A program made the translations under genes and the position numbers. A stretch of 57,144 nt of DNA, from the NCBI GenBank assembly GCA_964455575.1, contig CAYVWU010000001.1, positions 1 through 57,144 on the forward strand, given 5' to 3'. Position 1 is the stretch's first letter; each line of letters starts with the position of its first letter. Shown here one piece after another: positions 21,619 to 30,665 of this stretch. The notes beneath the pieces were generated by a model. The model ran no database searches. It was not told the DNA's origin and was given only the letters and a program-made list of their open reading frames with translations. This stretch comes from an uncultured Cyanobium sp. Lineage in GTDB: Bacteria > Cyanobacteriota > Cyanobacteriia > PCC-6307 > Cyanobiaceae.

Positions 21619-22995
21619 ATGTTGCGAGTTGCTGTTGTCGGTGGCGGCCCCAGTGGGTCATGTGCTGCGGAGATTCTCGCAAAGGCCGGGATCCGCACCT
21701 GGCTGTTCGAGCGGAAACTGGATAACGCCAAGCCTTGTGGTGGCGCCATTCCTCTGTGCATGGTCAGCGAGTTTGACATCCCAGAGGAGATTATTGATCG
21801 AAAAGTGCGAAATATGAAGATGATTTCCCCTTCCAATCGCGAGGTTGATATTCACCTTGAGAATAAGAACGAATATATTGGCATGTGCCGTCGTGAAGTT
21901 CTGGATGCTTTTTTGCGGAATCGCGCGGCAAGCCTTGGTGCAACTCTGATCAATGGACTGGTTCAAAATATTGATACGGGTGTGGATCGTCAGGGTCCTT
22001 ACACGATCCATTACTCGGATTACAGCAGCGGCAGTCTCACAGGTGAGCGAAGGTCCTTAGAAGTGGATCTAATTGTTGGCGCCGATGGTGCGAATAGTCG
22101 CGTTGCTAAAGCAATGGATGCTGGCGACTACAACATGGCCATCGCCTTTCAGGAGAGGATTCGACTCCCGCAACAGGAAATGTCGTACTACGAAGATCTG
22201 GCTGAAATGTACGTAGGTAGTGATGTTTCTCCTGATTTCTATGCCTGGGTCTTTCCAAAATACGATCATGTCGCTGTCGGAACTGGAACCATGCAGAATA
22301 ATCAGTCCATGATTAAAGGGTTACAAAAAGCCATTCGCAGCCGTGCTAGCAAGCGACTCCTCCTCGGAGAAGTCATTAAGGTTGAAGCCCACCCTATCCC
22401 TGAACATCCACGTCCTCGACGTGTCGTCGGTCGCATGGCTCTTGTTGGCGATGCAGCGGGTTATGTCACCAAAAGCTCTGGCGAGGGCATTTATTTTGCG
22501 GCCAAAAGTGGTCGGATGTGTGCCGAACAGATCGTAGAGTCTAGCGAGGGAGGACAACGCCTGCCAACAGAAACAGATTTGAAGAAATATCTCAAAAAGT
22601 GGGATAAAGCCTATGGACCCACATATAAAGTGCTTGAAATTCTTCAAAATATCTTTTACAGTAATGACCCTGCTCGCGAAGCCTTTGTCGAGATGTGCAG
22701 CGATAAAGACGTTCAGCGGTTGACTTTCGATAGCTATTTATATAAGCGTGTCGTAACCATGAATCCCTGGCAGCAACTGAAACTGACGTTTAGAACACTT
22801 GCTTCCATTTTGAGAGGTCAGGCATTGGCACCCTCTAGTTATGAGCCGATCGACAGTGTCGTCCGAACAGCAGAAGAGACCGCCCTTCTGCTTGAGCAGA
22901 AGTCGCAGCAAGGAAAATTATCGAACAACAATCCGCCACAGACCGAGAGCGAAATCGTTTCAGAAGAGAAATCCAGGGTTCTCACCCGCACCTGA
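21619..22995 (+). CDS. chlP: Geranylgeranyl reductase
   Basis: VAVVGGGPSG, AKPCGGAIP, GADGANSRVA and VGDAAGYVTKSSGEGIYFA motifs. Confidence 0.98.
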   Translation: MLRVAVVGGGPSGSCAAEILAKAGIRTWLFERKLDNAKPCGGAIPLCMVSEFDIPEEIIDRKVRNMKMISPSNREVDIHLENKNEYIGMCRREVLDAFLRNRAASLGATLINGLVQNIDTGVDRQGPYTIHYSDYSSGSLTGERRSLEVDLIVGADGANSRVAKAMDAGDYNMAIAFQERIRLPQQEMSYYEDLAEMYVGSDVSPDFYAWVFPKYDHVAVGTGTMQNNQSMIKGLQKAIRSRASKRLLLGEVIKVEAHPIPEHPRPRRVVGRMALVGDAAGYVTKSSGEGIYFAAKSGRMCAEQIVESSEGGQRLPTETDLKKYLKKWDKAYGPTYKVLEILQNIFYSNDPAREAFVEMCSDKDVQRLTFDSYLYKRVVTMNPWQQLKLTFRTLASILRGQALAPSSYEPIDSVVRTAEETALLLEQKSQQGKLSNNNPPQTESEIVSEEKSRVLTRT

Positions 22996-23406
22996 AGCCA
23001 ATCCGTAGTCATCTGGTCTGAGTGGATGCTGGCAATCCTGCACGGGCTTCCTGATCGCAGAGAGATCCGATTTTGCCAGACTATCCATATTTCCAATGGT
23101 AAACCATTAATATATGCATTAGACATAACACCAGAATAAATATATGCCAACTCTTGCAACAAAGTTCGAGTTATTAAGATCAGTAGTTGCCGCAAGTCTA
23201 ACTTCAATCACTTTTGTTTTTCGAAATCCGAAGCTTTCAGAGAAAAAGCAGCTGGGAGCAGGCAAAATTTTGTTGAATTGGCTGAAACCAAAGCGGCACC
23301 AGCCATGAAGCCACAAAGGTTTTTGCCCGCTTAGGCTCCCATACTGTGGGGGTGAATGGCGATTCTGACAACGGTTCAACGATCACGCGGAGAACCGGCG
23401 CAGCGA

Positions 23407-23631
23407 TCAGGAGGTCAACGCGTGTTGGTAATGGGGATCAAGCCAACAACGTGGCAAAGTCTCACCAGACGGGAAGAAGAGCTCCTTTTTGGAAAATGTT
23501 TGAGCATCCTGGAGTTCCTCTCCTCCATGGAGGCGTGCCGTAAGGCTAGAAGCAAAAGGATCAAACAATTGCTTTAGATCAAGTACCTCGACAAGACTTG
23601 CATCGTCATCGTGATGAATCTTGAGAAACAT
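23407..23631 (-). CDS. Small cyanobacterial hypothetical protein
   Basis: MFLK...LVEVLDLKQLFDP...GEELQD...FPSGETLPRCWLDPHY; a pattern I recall from small cyanobacterial proteins. Confidence 0.8.
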   Translation of the reverse strand: MFLKIHHDDDASLVEVLDLKQLFDPFASSLTARLHGGEELQDAQTFSKKELFFPSGETLPRCWLDPHYQHALTS

Positions 23632-23756
23632 GGCTCGTTCTGCGAAGGGCAATCCAAGTGTGACTCCGCCGGAGCCAGGATAAACGAGAACTTCACATAT
23701 TGCTGTCCATGTATAAAGGAGATGGCAAGAGGAAAAACTAGACAGCAGCAAAGGCT

Positions 23757-24035
23757 TTATTGTTTATCGATGAGATGGTCCTTACTTTGCTTGAGCGCTT
23801 TCCAAATCTTCTTTATCTGAGCATAAGCCTCTTCTTGGCTGATCTTGCCATTGCCTTGCAAGCCCACAATCAAACCGACGCGTTCAGCAAAAGTTTCCAG
23901 ATTCTGATGAAACAAAAGCCGTTCTGGAGTCCAATCCTCTCCGCGATAGCCTGAGCGAGCCTCCATCGGGGAACGCACCTCAGCACACGATGCATCATCA
24001 GGATCGTCACCGGTTGGCGTGATGTTGGAAAACAT
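23757..24035 (-). CDS. Small cyanobacterial hypothetical protein (helical)
   Basis: YRG..WTPERLLFHQNLETFAERV..GKISQEEAYAQIKKIWKALK; recalled as a conserved cyanobacterial family. Confidence 0.8.
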   Translation of the reverse strand: MFSNITPTGDDPDDASCAEVRSPMEARSGYRGEDWTPERLLFHQNLETFAERVGLIVGLQGNGKISQEEAYAQIKKIWKALKQSKDHLIDKQ

Positions 24036-24131
24036 GCCCAATCTGACAAGAGTGTCAATGCTTTACGCTACTTCAAGTCTCAGGCACTCGACGATCAACT
24101 TCTGAACGACCATTCTGCAGTGACTTGAACT

Positions 24132-25229
24132 GTGCTTCGCCTCACTCCCGGTGCTCTCAATTCTCAACGCCTTGAGCAACGCCCAGGCACCTTGCCGAAG
24201 GATCTGTTGCTGTACGGAGGTCTTGCACCGACGCGAATCGACATCGTCCGTTTCGATGCAGGCAGAATAACTCACCATCCCCAGATTCAGATTTCAGGTC
24301 TGGAAAAACTCCGCAACCATCACAGTCTTTGGATCCGGATTCGTGGTCTTAAAGACAGGGCTTGTATTGAGAATCTCTTTGAGGCCCTTCAGATCCCGCG
24401 AGTGTTACAAGCTCCCCTTCTCGATGTGCCTCAGCGGCCTCAAGTCGACTGTTTGGATACTGCCGTTCTAGTGGTCGTTCATCGCTTGGGGTGGCCAACA
24501 ACACCGGGACACTTAAGCAGCGATCAGGTTGGTTTGCTGTTGTTACCTGGCCTGCTGATCAGTGTCGAGGAAAGTTCTGATGATCTCGCATTTCCCGAGC
24601 TGACAGAGTGGCTACTCTCAGGACAGTCAACGATTGAGGACACTGATCTCGATGATATTCTTCACTTTTTGATAGATGACATCCTTGATGATATCTTCCC
24701 GATTCTAGAAAGGATTTCTCATCATATTGACATTCTGGAAGAGGCCGTCTTGCGGCGACCTAAACCAAAGCTTCTCACTCATACATTTCGCTATCGTGGC
24801 AATCTGCGTACGATCAGGAGTCAAGTCTGGCCCCTGCGTCACCAGATTCAAATTCTTCTCCGCGAGCACCAAACATTGCTTGGAGATGAAGCACTGGTCG
24901 GCTTTCAAGAAATGGGTGAACTTGTACAACTCCTCTACGAAAATTGTGAGATGCTCCGCAATCAATGTGACGCAATAACCCAAGCCTACAGTGTGGGGAT
25001 CAGCAATCGGATGAACCAGGTGATGAAAACACTAACAATTCTGACGAGCATTTTTGCTCCCCTGACTTTTATTGCAGGCATCTATGGCATGAATTTTGAG
25101 TTCATGCCAGAGCTGAAAATGAGGTATGGATACTTTATTGTTCTTTTTCTTATGGCGGTAATTGCAGTGATTCAGTCGATTTGGCTTTGGAAACGCGGCT
25201 GGTTTCAAGATTGGACGGCACAACGATGA
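24132..25229 (+). CDS. corA: CorA family Mg2+/Co2+ transporter
   Basis: MNQVMKTLT, GIYGMNF signature, MPEL loop and two C-terminal TMs. Confidence 0.93.
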   Translation: MLRLTPGALNSQRLEQRPGTLPKDLLLYGGLAPTRIDIVRFDAGRITHHPQIQISGLEKLRNHHSLWIRIRGLKDRACIENLFEALQIPRVLQAPLLDVPQRPQVDCLDTAVLVVVHRLGWPTTPGHLSSDQVGLLLLPGLLISVEESSDDLAFPELTEWLLSGQSTIEDTDLDDILHFLIDDILDDIFPILERISHHIDILEEAVLRRPKPKLLTHTFRYRGNLRTIRSQVWPLRHQIQILLREHQTLLGDEALVGFQEMGELVQLLYENCEMLRNQCDAITQAYSVGISNRMNQVMKTLTILTSIFAPLTFIAGIYGMNFEFMPELKMRYGYFIVLFLMAVIAVIQSIWLWKRGWFQDWTAQR

Positions 25230-25246
25230 GGCAAGGCAAACCGAAA

Positions 25247-25276
25247 CTTGTCCAAGTCTTAATCTGCTCATAACGA
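25247..25276 (+). promoter_or_regulatory. Pho box (PhoB/SphR site) upstream of pstS
   Basis: CTTGTCCA(25247)/CTTAATCT(25258)/CATAACGA(25269) at an exact 11-bp period; cyanobacterial consensus is YTTAAYYW. Confidence 0.7.
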
Positions 25277-25328
25277 CTCAGGGTGCTTGGCCGTCTTATT
25301 CAAATAATGCACCTCAAGACGTTTTTCC

Positions 25329-26306
25329 ATGACCTTCCAGCCGAAGGTTGTCAGCTTTGGACTCGTGGCCAGTCTGATCGCAGGCCCCGCTGTCATGGCT
25401 CAACAAACCATCAGCGGTGCAGGCGCCACCTTTCCCGCTCCTTTTTATCAAGCGTCTTTCTCCAGATTGGCTTCCCAGGGAGTCAAGGTGAATTACCAGT
25501 CCGTGGGGTCCGGGGCGGGGGTGCGTCAGTTTGTGGCCGGAACGGTTGATTTTGGTGCCACGGATGAGCCCATCAAACCCGCTGAAGTCGCGAAGGTCTC
25601 CAGGGGGGTGATCCAGATTCCGATTGTTGGAGGCACCATTGCAATCGCCTACAACAAATCTGACTGCCCGAACCTAAAGCTGACGCAGAAGCAGGTTGCA
25701 GATGTGTTTCTTGGCGAAATTACAAATTGGGAACAATTGAAGTGTGGCAAGGGTCCATTGAAGGTCGCCCATCGCTCTGATGGCTCCGGTACAACATTTG
25801 CCTTCACTAATTCACTCTCTAGTTTTTCTCCAGAGTGGAAAAGCAAAGTCGGAGAAGGAAAGAGTGTCAACTGGCCGGTGGGAATTGGAGGAAAAGGGAA
25901 TGAGGGAGTTGCAGGGATTTTGACGAATACACCCGGATCTATTGGATACGTCAATCAGGCGTTTGTCAAAGGGCCCCTAAAGGCCGCAGCGATTCAGAAC
26001 AGGGCTGGAAAATTCGTGAAGCCTGGACTTAGAGGAGGCACCGCAGCACTTAATAATATCTCGCTGGACAGCAATCTCGCCGGGGAGAATCCCAATCCCG
26101 CAGGAGCCGATAGTTATCCTATTGCCACCCTGACCTGGATTCTTGCCTATCGCAATGGTAATGGCCAAAAAGCGGATGAGATCCGTAAGGCGATCAATTT
26201 CCTCTTGGGACCGGCACAAAACAACGCCGATGAACTTGGTTATGTGCCCTTGCAGGGGACCATCCTGAACAAGGCCAAACGGGCTGTTGCGAAGATCGGC
26301 AACTGA
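25329..26306 (+). CDS. pstS: Phosphate ABC transporter substrate-binding protein
   Basis: GAGATFP, YQSVGSGAG, DFGATD, RSDGSGTT, GKGNEGV and YPI motifs. Confidence 0.96.
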   Translation: MTFQPKVVSFGLVASLIAGPAVMAQQTISGAGATFPAPFYQASFSRLASQGVKVNYQSVGSGAGVRQFVAGTVDFGATDEPIKPAEVAKVSRGVIQIPIVGGTIAIAYNKSDCPNLKLTQKQVADVFLGEITNWEQLKCGKGPLKVAHRSDGSGTTFAFTNSLSSFSPEWKSKVGEGKSVNWPVGIGGKGNEGVAGILTNTPGSIGYVNQAFVKGPLKAAAIQNRAGKFVKPGLRGGTAALNNISLDSNLAGENPNPAGADSYPIATLTWILAYRNGNGQKADEIRKAINFLLGPAQNNADELGYVPLQGTILNKAKRAVAKIGN

Positions 26307-26318
26307 TTCTCCCTCAAC

Positions 26319-26346
26319 CGCGCTGCCGGATCACATCGGCGGCGCG
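26319..26346 (+). terminator. GC-rich stem-loop after pstS (stabiliser or weak terminator)
   Basis: cgcgctgccg...cggcggcgcg inverted repeat without a clear U-tract. Confidence 0.45.
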
Positions 26347-26355
26347 TAGATCTCT

Positions 26356-26385
26356 CTTAACCTTGTGATCAATAGATCTTCACTC
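26356..26385 (+). promoter_or_regulatory. Putative Pho box upstream of ptrA-phoB-phoR
   Basis: Perfect CTTAACCT at 26356 and degenerate CTTCACTC exactly 22 bp downstream. Confidence 0.55.
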
Positions 26386-26433
26386 CCACACAGTTATCTG
26401 CCCTTAGATTACTCACCACTGACGACAACCCTC

Positions 26434-27066
26434 ATGGGAAACGTGATTGTTCGTGAAGCCAGTAGCAGTGACGGAGTTCGGCGTCTTTTGGAGAGTTGCT
26501 ATCAACGTACATCGTTGGTTCAGATGAATAGCGGTAGCACCATCCCTCTCCTCCGCCATCATCTGTGGTTGGTGGTTCGAGGCATGGTTAAATTAGGTTG
26601 TGTGACAGTAGATGGCGACGAATGTCTCCTCGGACTGGCAGGTCCAAATGAGCTTTTTGGCGACTCCCTAGCTGGCCCGGAAGCCTATGAAGCGAAGACG
26701 CTGGGACCTTGCGATCTTCTTTGTCTCAATCTAACAGACCTAGAACATGATCCATCCTTAACATCGGTTTTGGTGCAAGCGATCAGCTATCGCCAGCGGC
26801 AAAGTCAAACTCTTCTCGCGCTGATGGGATTGAAGCGAGTTGAAGACCGCGTGAGAGGCCTGCTGGAACTTTTGGCCGTGGAGTATGGAGTGCCCTGCGC
26901 CGCAGGACTCCGCTTGACACCGCGACTCACACATCAGGAGCTGGCCAGCGCTGTGGGTACAACGCGTGTCACGGTCACGCGAATCATCGGACAACTCAAG
27001 GACGCCGGCTGGTTGAGCCTGGACGCGCAACGATCGATCATTCTCTCCCCATTGCCCAGGCGGTGA
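26434..27066 (+). CDS. ptrA: Crp/Fnr family regulator, PtrA-like
   Basis: WLVVRGMVKL, LLGLAGPNELFG, HTH LTHQELASAVGTTRVTVTR; directly after pstS, as ptrA is in marine Synechococcus. Confidence 0.8.
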   Translation: MGNVIVREASSSDGVRRLLESCYQRTSLVQMNSGSTIPLLRHHLWLVVRGMVKLGCVTVDGDECLLGLAGPNELFGDSLAGPEAYEAKTLGPCDLLCLNLTDLEHDPSLTSVLVQAISYRQRQSQTLLALMGLKRVEDRVRGLLELLAVEYGVPCAAGLRLTPRLTHQELASAVGTTRVTVTRIIGQLKDAGWLSLDAQRSIILSPLPRR

Positions 27067-27122
27067 AGACGGTATTCTGGGGCTTGCTGACTGAGGATGA
27101 TCCCCTCAGGCAAGAAGAGGGC

Positions 27123-27812
27123 ATGACTCCAAGGCTGCTGGTCGTTGAAGATGACGACACCATTCGAGAAACCATTCGCGATGCATTGATCATTGAAGGC
27201 TTTGAAGTGTCGGCATGCGCGGATGGCCGTGTCGCCCTGGAAATGCTCCAACAGCACAGAGACCTGCCCTACGCCCTCGTGGTCCTCGATCTGATGCTTC
27301 CGGGCCTTGGCGGTCTGGATGTCTGTCGTCAACTGAGGGCGGCTGGGGATCAGACGCCAATCCTTGTGGTGAGCGCACGTGACCATGAGACTGACCGCGT
27401 TCTCGGGTTGGAGGTTGGAGCGGACGACTATCTGGTGAAGCCCTTTGGAATGCGGGAGCTTGTGGCACGTGCCCGGGCCTTGATGCGGCGCAGCGGAACG
27501 AAATCAACGAAAAGCCAGATCCTCAGCCATGAGAACCTGCGCCTTTATCCAGAGGAATGTCGCGTCACCCGTGATGGCAAAGATGTCAATCTATCGCCAA
27601 AAGAATATCGCCTTCTCGAACTATTCATGCAACATCCGCGCCGGGTCTGGAGCCGAGATAAGTTATTGGAGCAAATCTGGGGTCACGATTACTTTGGTGA
27701 TAGCAAAACCGTTGATGTGCATATTCGCTGGCTCCGGGAGAAACTCGAAGTCAACCCCTCAGATCCTGTGCATCTGCAGACAGTGCGCGGCTTTGGCTAT
27801 CGTTTTGGTTAA
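27123..27812 (+). CDS. phoB: Phosphate regulon response regulator (OmpR family)
   Basis: VEDD, LDLMLP, GADDYLVKPF, DSKTVDVHIRWLREK and TVRGFGY motifs; pstS context. Confidence 0.92.
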   Translation: MTPRLLVVEDDDTIRETIRDALIIEGFEVSACADGRVALEMLQQHRDLPYALVVLDLMLPGLGGLDVCRQLRAAGDQTPILVVSARDHETDRVLGLEVGADDYLVKPFGMRELVARARALMRRSGTKSTKSQILSHENLRLYPEECRVTRDGKDVNLSPKEYRLLELFMQHPRRVWSRDKLLEQIWGHDYFGDSKTVDVHIRWLREKLEVNPSDPVHLQTVRGFGYRFG

Positions 27813-27818
27813 GCTCTG

Positions 27819-28961
27819 ATGTTGCCCTACGGGCTTCTACTCGCCCTGTTCTTCACGCTGGGCTTGATGCTGGGTGTTCATTTCACCCGAACTCAGAAAC
27901 CCAGAGCTGAGCCTCGCGAACCCAGTCGGGAACAATTGTTGTCGTGGCTTGACCAGGCCCCTCAAGGGTGGCTGATCGTGGATGCCTCCAACCGCGTGTG
28001 CTTCCTCAATGGACGTGCCCAGCGACTTCTGTTGATGCCAACAACGCCGAACCCAGGCCTTCGCGTTCAAGACCTCCCGGGGTTCCATAGCTTGGCTGAA
28101 CTGCTGGACGATGTTCGGCTACAGCGTCAAGCCAAACGCCTGGAGTGGAGCCATAAAGGACATGAGCTGGAGGTTTTTGCTTTCCCAGAGCAAGCAAACT
28201 GGCTGGCGATTCTATTGCAAAGTCGACGATCGCTGGAAGCCCAACTCAACCAGCAGGAGCGTTGGGTGAGCGATGTGGCTCATGAACTCAAAACCCCGCT
28301 AACAGCCCTCTTGCTAGTTGGCGATAGTCTCGCTGGGACCGTTTCTGATCACAATGCTGTTCTGGTTGAACGTCTTTTGAAGGAATTGCGACGAATGCAA
28401 GATCTTGTCGCTGACTTACTTGAGCTTTCGAGATTGGAAAATGTCCTGCCAGGAAAAGGCATTTCTCAAGAGATCATTGCCTTGCCCGATCTTGTCGCAG
28501 ACGCTTGGCAAGGAATCAAACCGATGGCGGATGAAAAAGACGTCACCTTCCTGCTGGCAGGAGACGACCTCAATCCCTATGGATTGGTTGTTCAGGGTGA
28601 CCGGAGACGCTTGCACCGGGCTTTGCTCAATCTATTTGATAATGCAGTTCGACATAGTCCTCACGCAGGCACTATCTTCACAGCGCTGCACGCCAGTAGT
28701 GATTGGGTTCGAATTGAGATCCAAGATCAAGGGCCTGGTTTATCTGAGGAGGATCTTCAACACATGTTTGAACGCTTTTATCGCGGCGACGCCTCTCGCG
28801 TTCGCCACCATCGTGGAGCCAGTGGATTGGGCCTGGCTATCGTTCACCAGATCGTCTTGACCCACGGCGGCTGGATCCTGGGGGACAATGCCCCCTCTGG
28901 AGGCGCCCGGTTCGAGTTGCGGCTGCCCCGGTACAGGGATGGCCACACCCAAACGGCTTGA
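27819..28961 (+). CDS. phoR: Phosphate regulon sensor histidine kinase
   Basis: N-terminal TM, PAS-like region, H-box DVAHELKTPL, N-box NLFDNA, DQGPG, FERFYRGD and GLGLAI. Confidence 0.92.
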   Translation: MLPYGLLLALFFTLGLMLGVHFTRTQKPRAEPREPSREQLLSWLDQAPQGWLIVDASNRVCFLNGRAQRLLLMPTTPNPGLRVQDLPGFHSLAELLDDVRLQRQAKRLEWSHKGHELEVFAFPEQANWLAILLQSRRSLEAQLNQQERWVSDVAHELKTPLTALLLVGDSLAGTVSDHNAVLVERLLKELRRMQDLVADLLELSRLENVLPGKGISQEIIALPDLVADAWQGIKPMADEKDVTFLLAGDDLNPYGLVVQGDRRRLHRALLNLFDNAVRHSPHAGTIFTALHASSDWVRIEIQDQGPGLSEEDLQHMFERFYRGDASRVRHHRGASGLGLAIVHQIVLTHGGWILGDNAPSGGARFELRLPRYRDGHTQTA

Positions 28962-29008
28962 TCCTCCCCATCGACGACCACCTGCACAGAATTGGCCGAA
29001 GGCCTGTT

Positions 29009-29893
29009 TTAACCACGGGACTCCGCTATGGGGGACGCCTGCAGGAGATACAGATGATCATCCTGCAACCAAAGCAAAAAGATCTTGTCCGCCAGGATCA
29101 ATATCTGTCCATGACGGATCGGCAGCTCGGCGGCTCGCACGTTCCGCCAAGACGCGCGGCGCACCTCCACCGATGCACTTGGACCGCCCGAACCGCTGAG
29201 CGTCGGCAGCCTCCTCTGAGGGGAAGCCTCTGACCAAAGGGCTTGATAAGCCTGACCCAGACTGGAGTTCGGGTCCAAGCGGACGACCGCCTTGCCCTCG
29301 CCCGCAGCCCATCCCGTCGCTGCCGCACCCGCACCCCCCTTCTGTGCCTCCCGAGAGGAAACCTCCTGTGGATCGAGGGTTTGGAGCCGTTCCAGCGCTG
29401 CAGCCCATTCATTGGTGCTTGCCTTCAGAAGGGGGCGCTGCAAACGGGTGGTCGTTCGATCCTTGCGGCGATCCCCGTCCGTCCGCATCCGCTTTGGGTT
29501 GCCCCCGCTCGGGTCTTGCCCCTCTCTGGACGTCGCGGCGACTGCCGTCCCAGGAGCGCCCCTGGAAGAGAAACCTCTCGCTGACCCAGCGCTCGACCGT
29601 CCACTCTCCCGAGAGGGAACGGACGCGGCGGGAGAATCTCGAAGTGTTGGCGGTGGCAACATGGGGATGCGCGGAGCCACCACCTCCTTGGGAGGTTTTG
29701 CCTGCGCCGCCTGGTTGGAGAACTGCAGCAATTCAGGGGTGTTATCCCGACTCCGCAGCCGCTCCGGACGGCTGCGGCGCAGATCACGCAACTGCAGAAA
29801 CGAGAAAACCAGTGCATGCAGGGAGAGCGCCACAACGCCCCCGATCCACAACGCCCTGACCTGGCCCGTGCTGTCCCCGTTCCTTCTGATCAC
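29009..29893 (-). CDS. TonB/TolA-like single-TM protein with Pro/Ser/Gly-rich linker and unrecognised C-terminal domain
   Basis: GTG start overlapping the upstream stop (GTGA); TM LWIGGVVALSLHALVFSFL contains a His; low-complexity linker; last gene of the exbB-exbD-exbD run. Confidence 0.65.
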   Translation of the reverse strand: MIRRNGDSTGQVRALWIGGVVALSLHALVFSFLQLRDLRRSRPERLRSRDNTPELLQFSNQAAQAKPPKEVVAPRIPMLPPPTLRDSPAASVPSRESGRSSAGSARGFSSRGAPGTAVAATSREGQDPSGGNPKRMRTDGDRRKDRTTTRLQRPLLKASTNEWAAALERLQTLDPQEVSSREAQKGGAGAAATGWAAGEGKAVVRLDPNSSLGQAYQALWSEASPQRRLPTLSGSGGPSASVEVRRASWRNVRAAELPIRHGQILILADKIFLLWLQDDHLYLLQASPIAESRG

Positions 29894-30279
29894 GGCAGTT
29901 GCAGTTGAAGGGTCCACGGATCCCGCGCCGCGGTGGGTCGGAGGCGATTGAGCACCTGATGGACCACCCCCCAAGGAACGTCTCCCTCAGGCACCAGGCG
30001 CACCACAGTTGCGGGGTGGTCAACCGCGCGACGCAGGCGAAGACGGTCCAGCACCAACGGAAGGTCCTGGGGCTGGATCGGTTGATTCCAGAGGCGGAGA
30101 TCGCCACGCGGGCTCAGATGAACCACCATCACACCCTGAACCGCCGGGCGCTGGGCCACGATTTGGCCCAGCAGAAGGGCCATCAGACCGACGCCACAGG
30201 CCATGGTGCTGAGTACGCCAAGCCCGATGGCGGTCAAGACAGGGGAGGGGGGCGCGAGGGCTGACAACCTTCGAGTCAT
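29890..30279 (-). CDS. ExbD/TolR-like protein 2 (no TM aspartate)
   Basis: N-terminal TM, then VVHLSPRGDLRLWNQPI...VVRLVPEGDVPWGVVHQVLNRL, which fits the ExbD periplasmic pattern; ATGA overlap. Confidence 0.75.
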   Translation of the reverse strand: MTRRLSALAPPSPVLTAIGLGVLSTMACGVGLMALLLGQIVAQRPAVQGVMVVHLSPRGDLRLWNQPIQPQDLPLVLDRLRLRRAVDHPATVVRLVPEGDVPWGVVHQVLNRLRPTAARDPWTLQLQLP

Positions 30280-30665
30280 GGCGCGAGAGGTTGGCTCCCG
30301 GGGGAGCGGCTCCCGGGGGGGAGTTCCAGGACGACGGCGCCTGGAGAGTGCGCCCTGAGCCAGCGCATCGATCGGCTGACCCGCGCGAACGACAGAGCAT
30401 CGGAGGGCAAGTAATGAACCCGTTGCTGACGCGACCGACGTTGCAACAACCGTCCGAGATCCGTTGCGGACAGGAGGGCCCCATTGACCCGCCAATGGCC
30501 ATGGGGTGATTCCACAAGCCACAGGGCGGCATCACCGTTGACGGGTGCCGGAGAGGACGAATGAAAGGGAGCAGGCGCTGGACGCTGGAGGGCAAGGGGA
30601 AGGACAGCCACGGTTCCGCTGACGACCAGCACGAGCATCAGCAGGGATTGAAAGGCCAGGTTCAT
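30276..30665 (-). CDS. ExbD/TolR-like protein 1 (no TM aspartate)
   Basis: [24 protein letters not shown], then [13 protein letters not shown]...[21 protein letters not shown]; ATGA overlap with exbB. Confidence 0.7.
   Translation of the reverse strand: MNLAFQSLLMLVLVVSGTVAVLPLALQRPAPAPFHSSSPAPVNGDAALWLVESPHGHWRVNGALLSATDLGRLLQRRSRQQRVHYLPSDALSFARVSRSMRWLRAHSPGAVVLELPPGSRSPGSQPLAP

Noticed and set aside
22839-23379. Minus-strand ORFs 22839-23207 and 23119-23379
   Set aside because: The first overlaps chlP, they overlap each other, codon usage is atypical and there are no motifs.
28958-29233. 91-aa ORF overlapping the phoR stop
   Set aside because: Almost entirely antisense to the TonB-like gene's C-terminal domain; TTG start; no motif.
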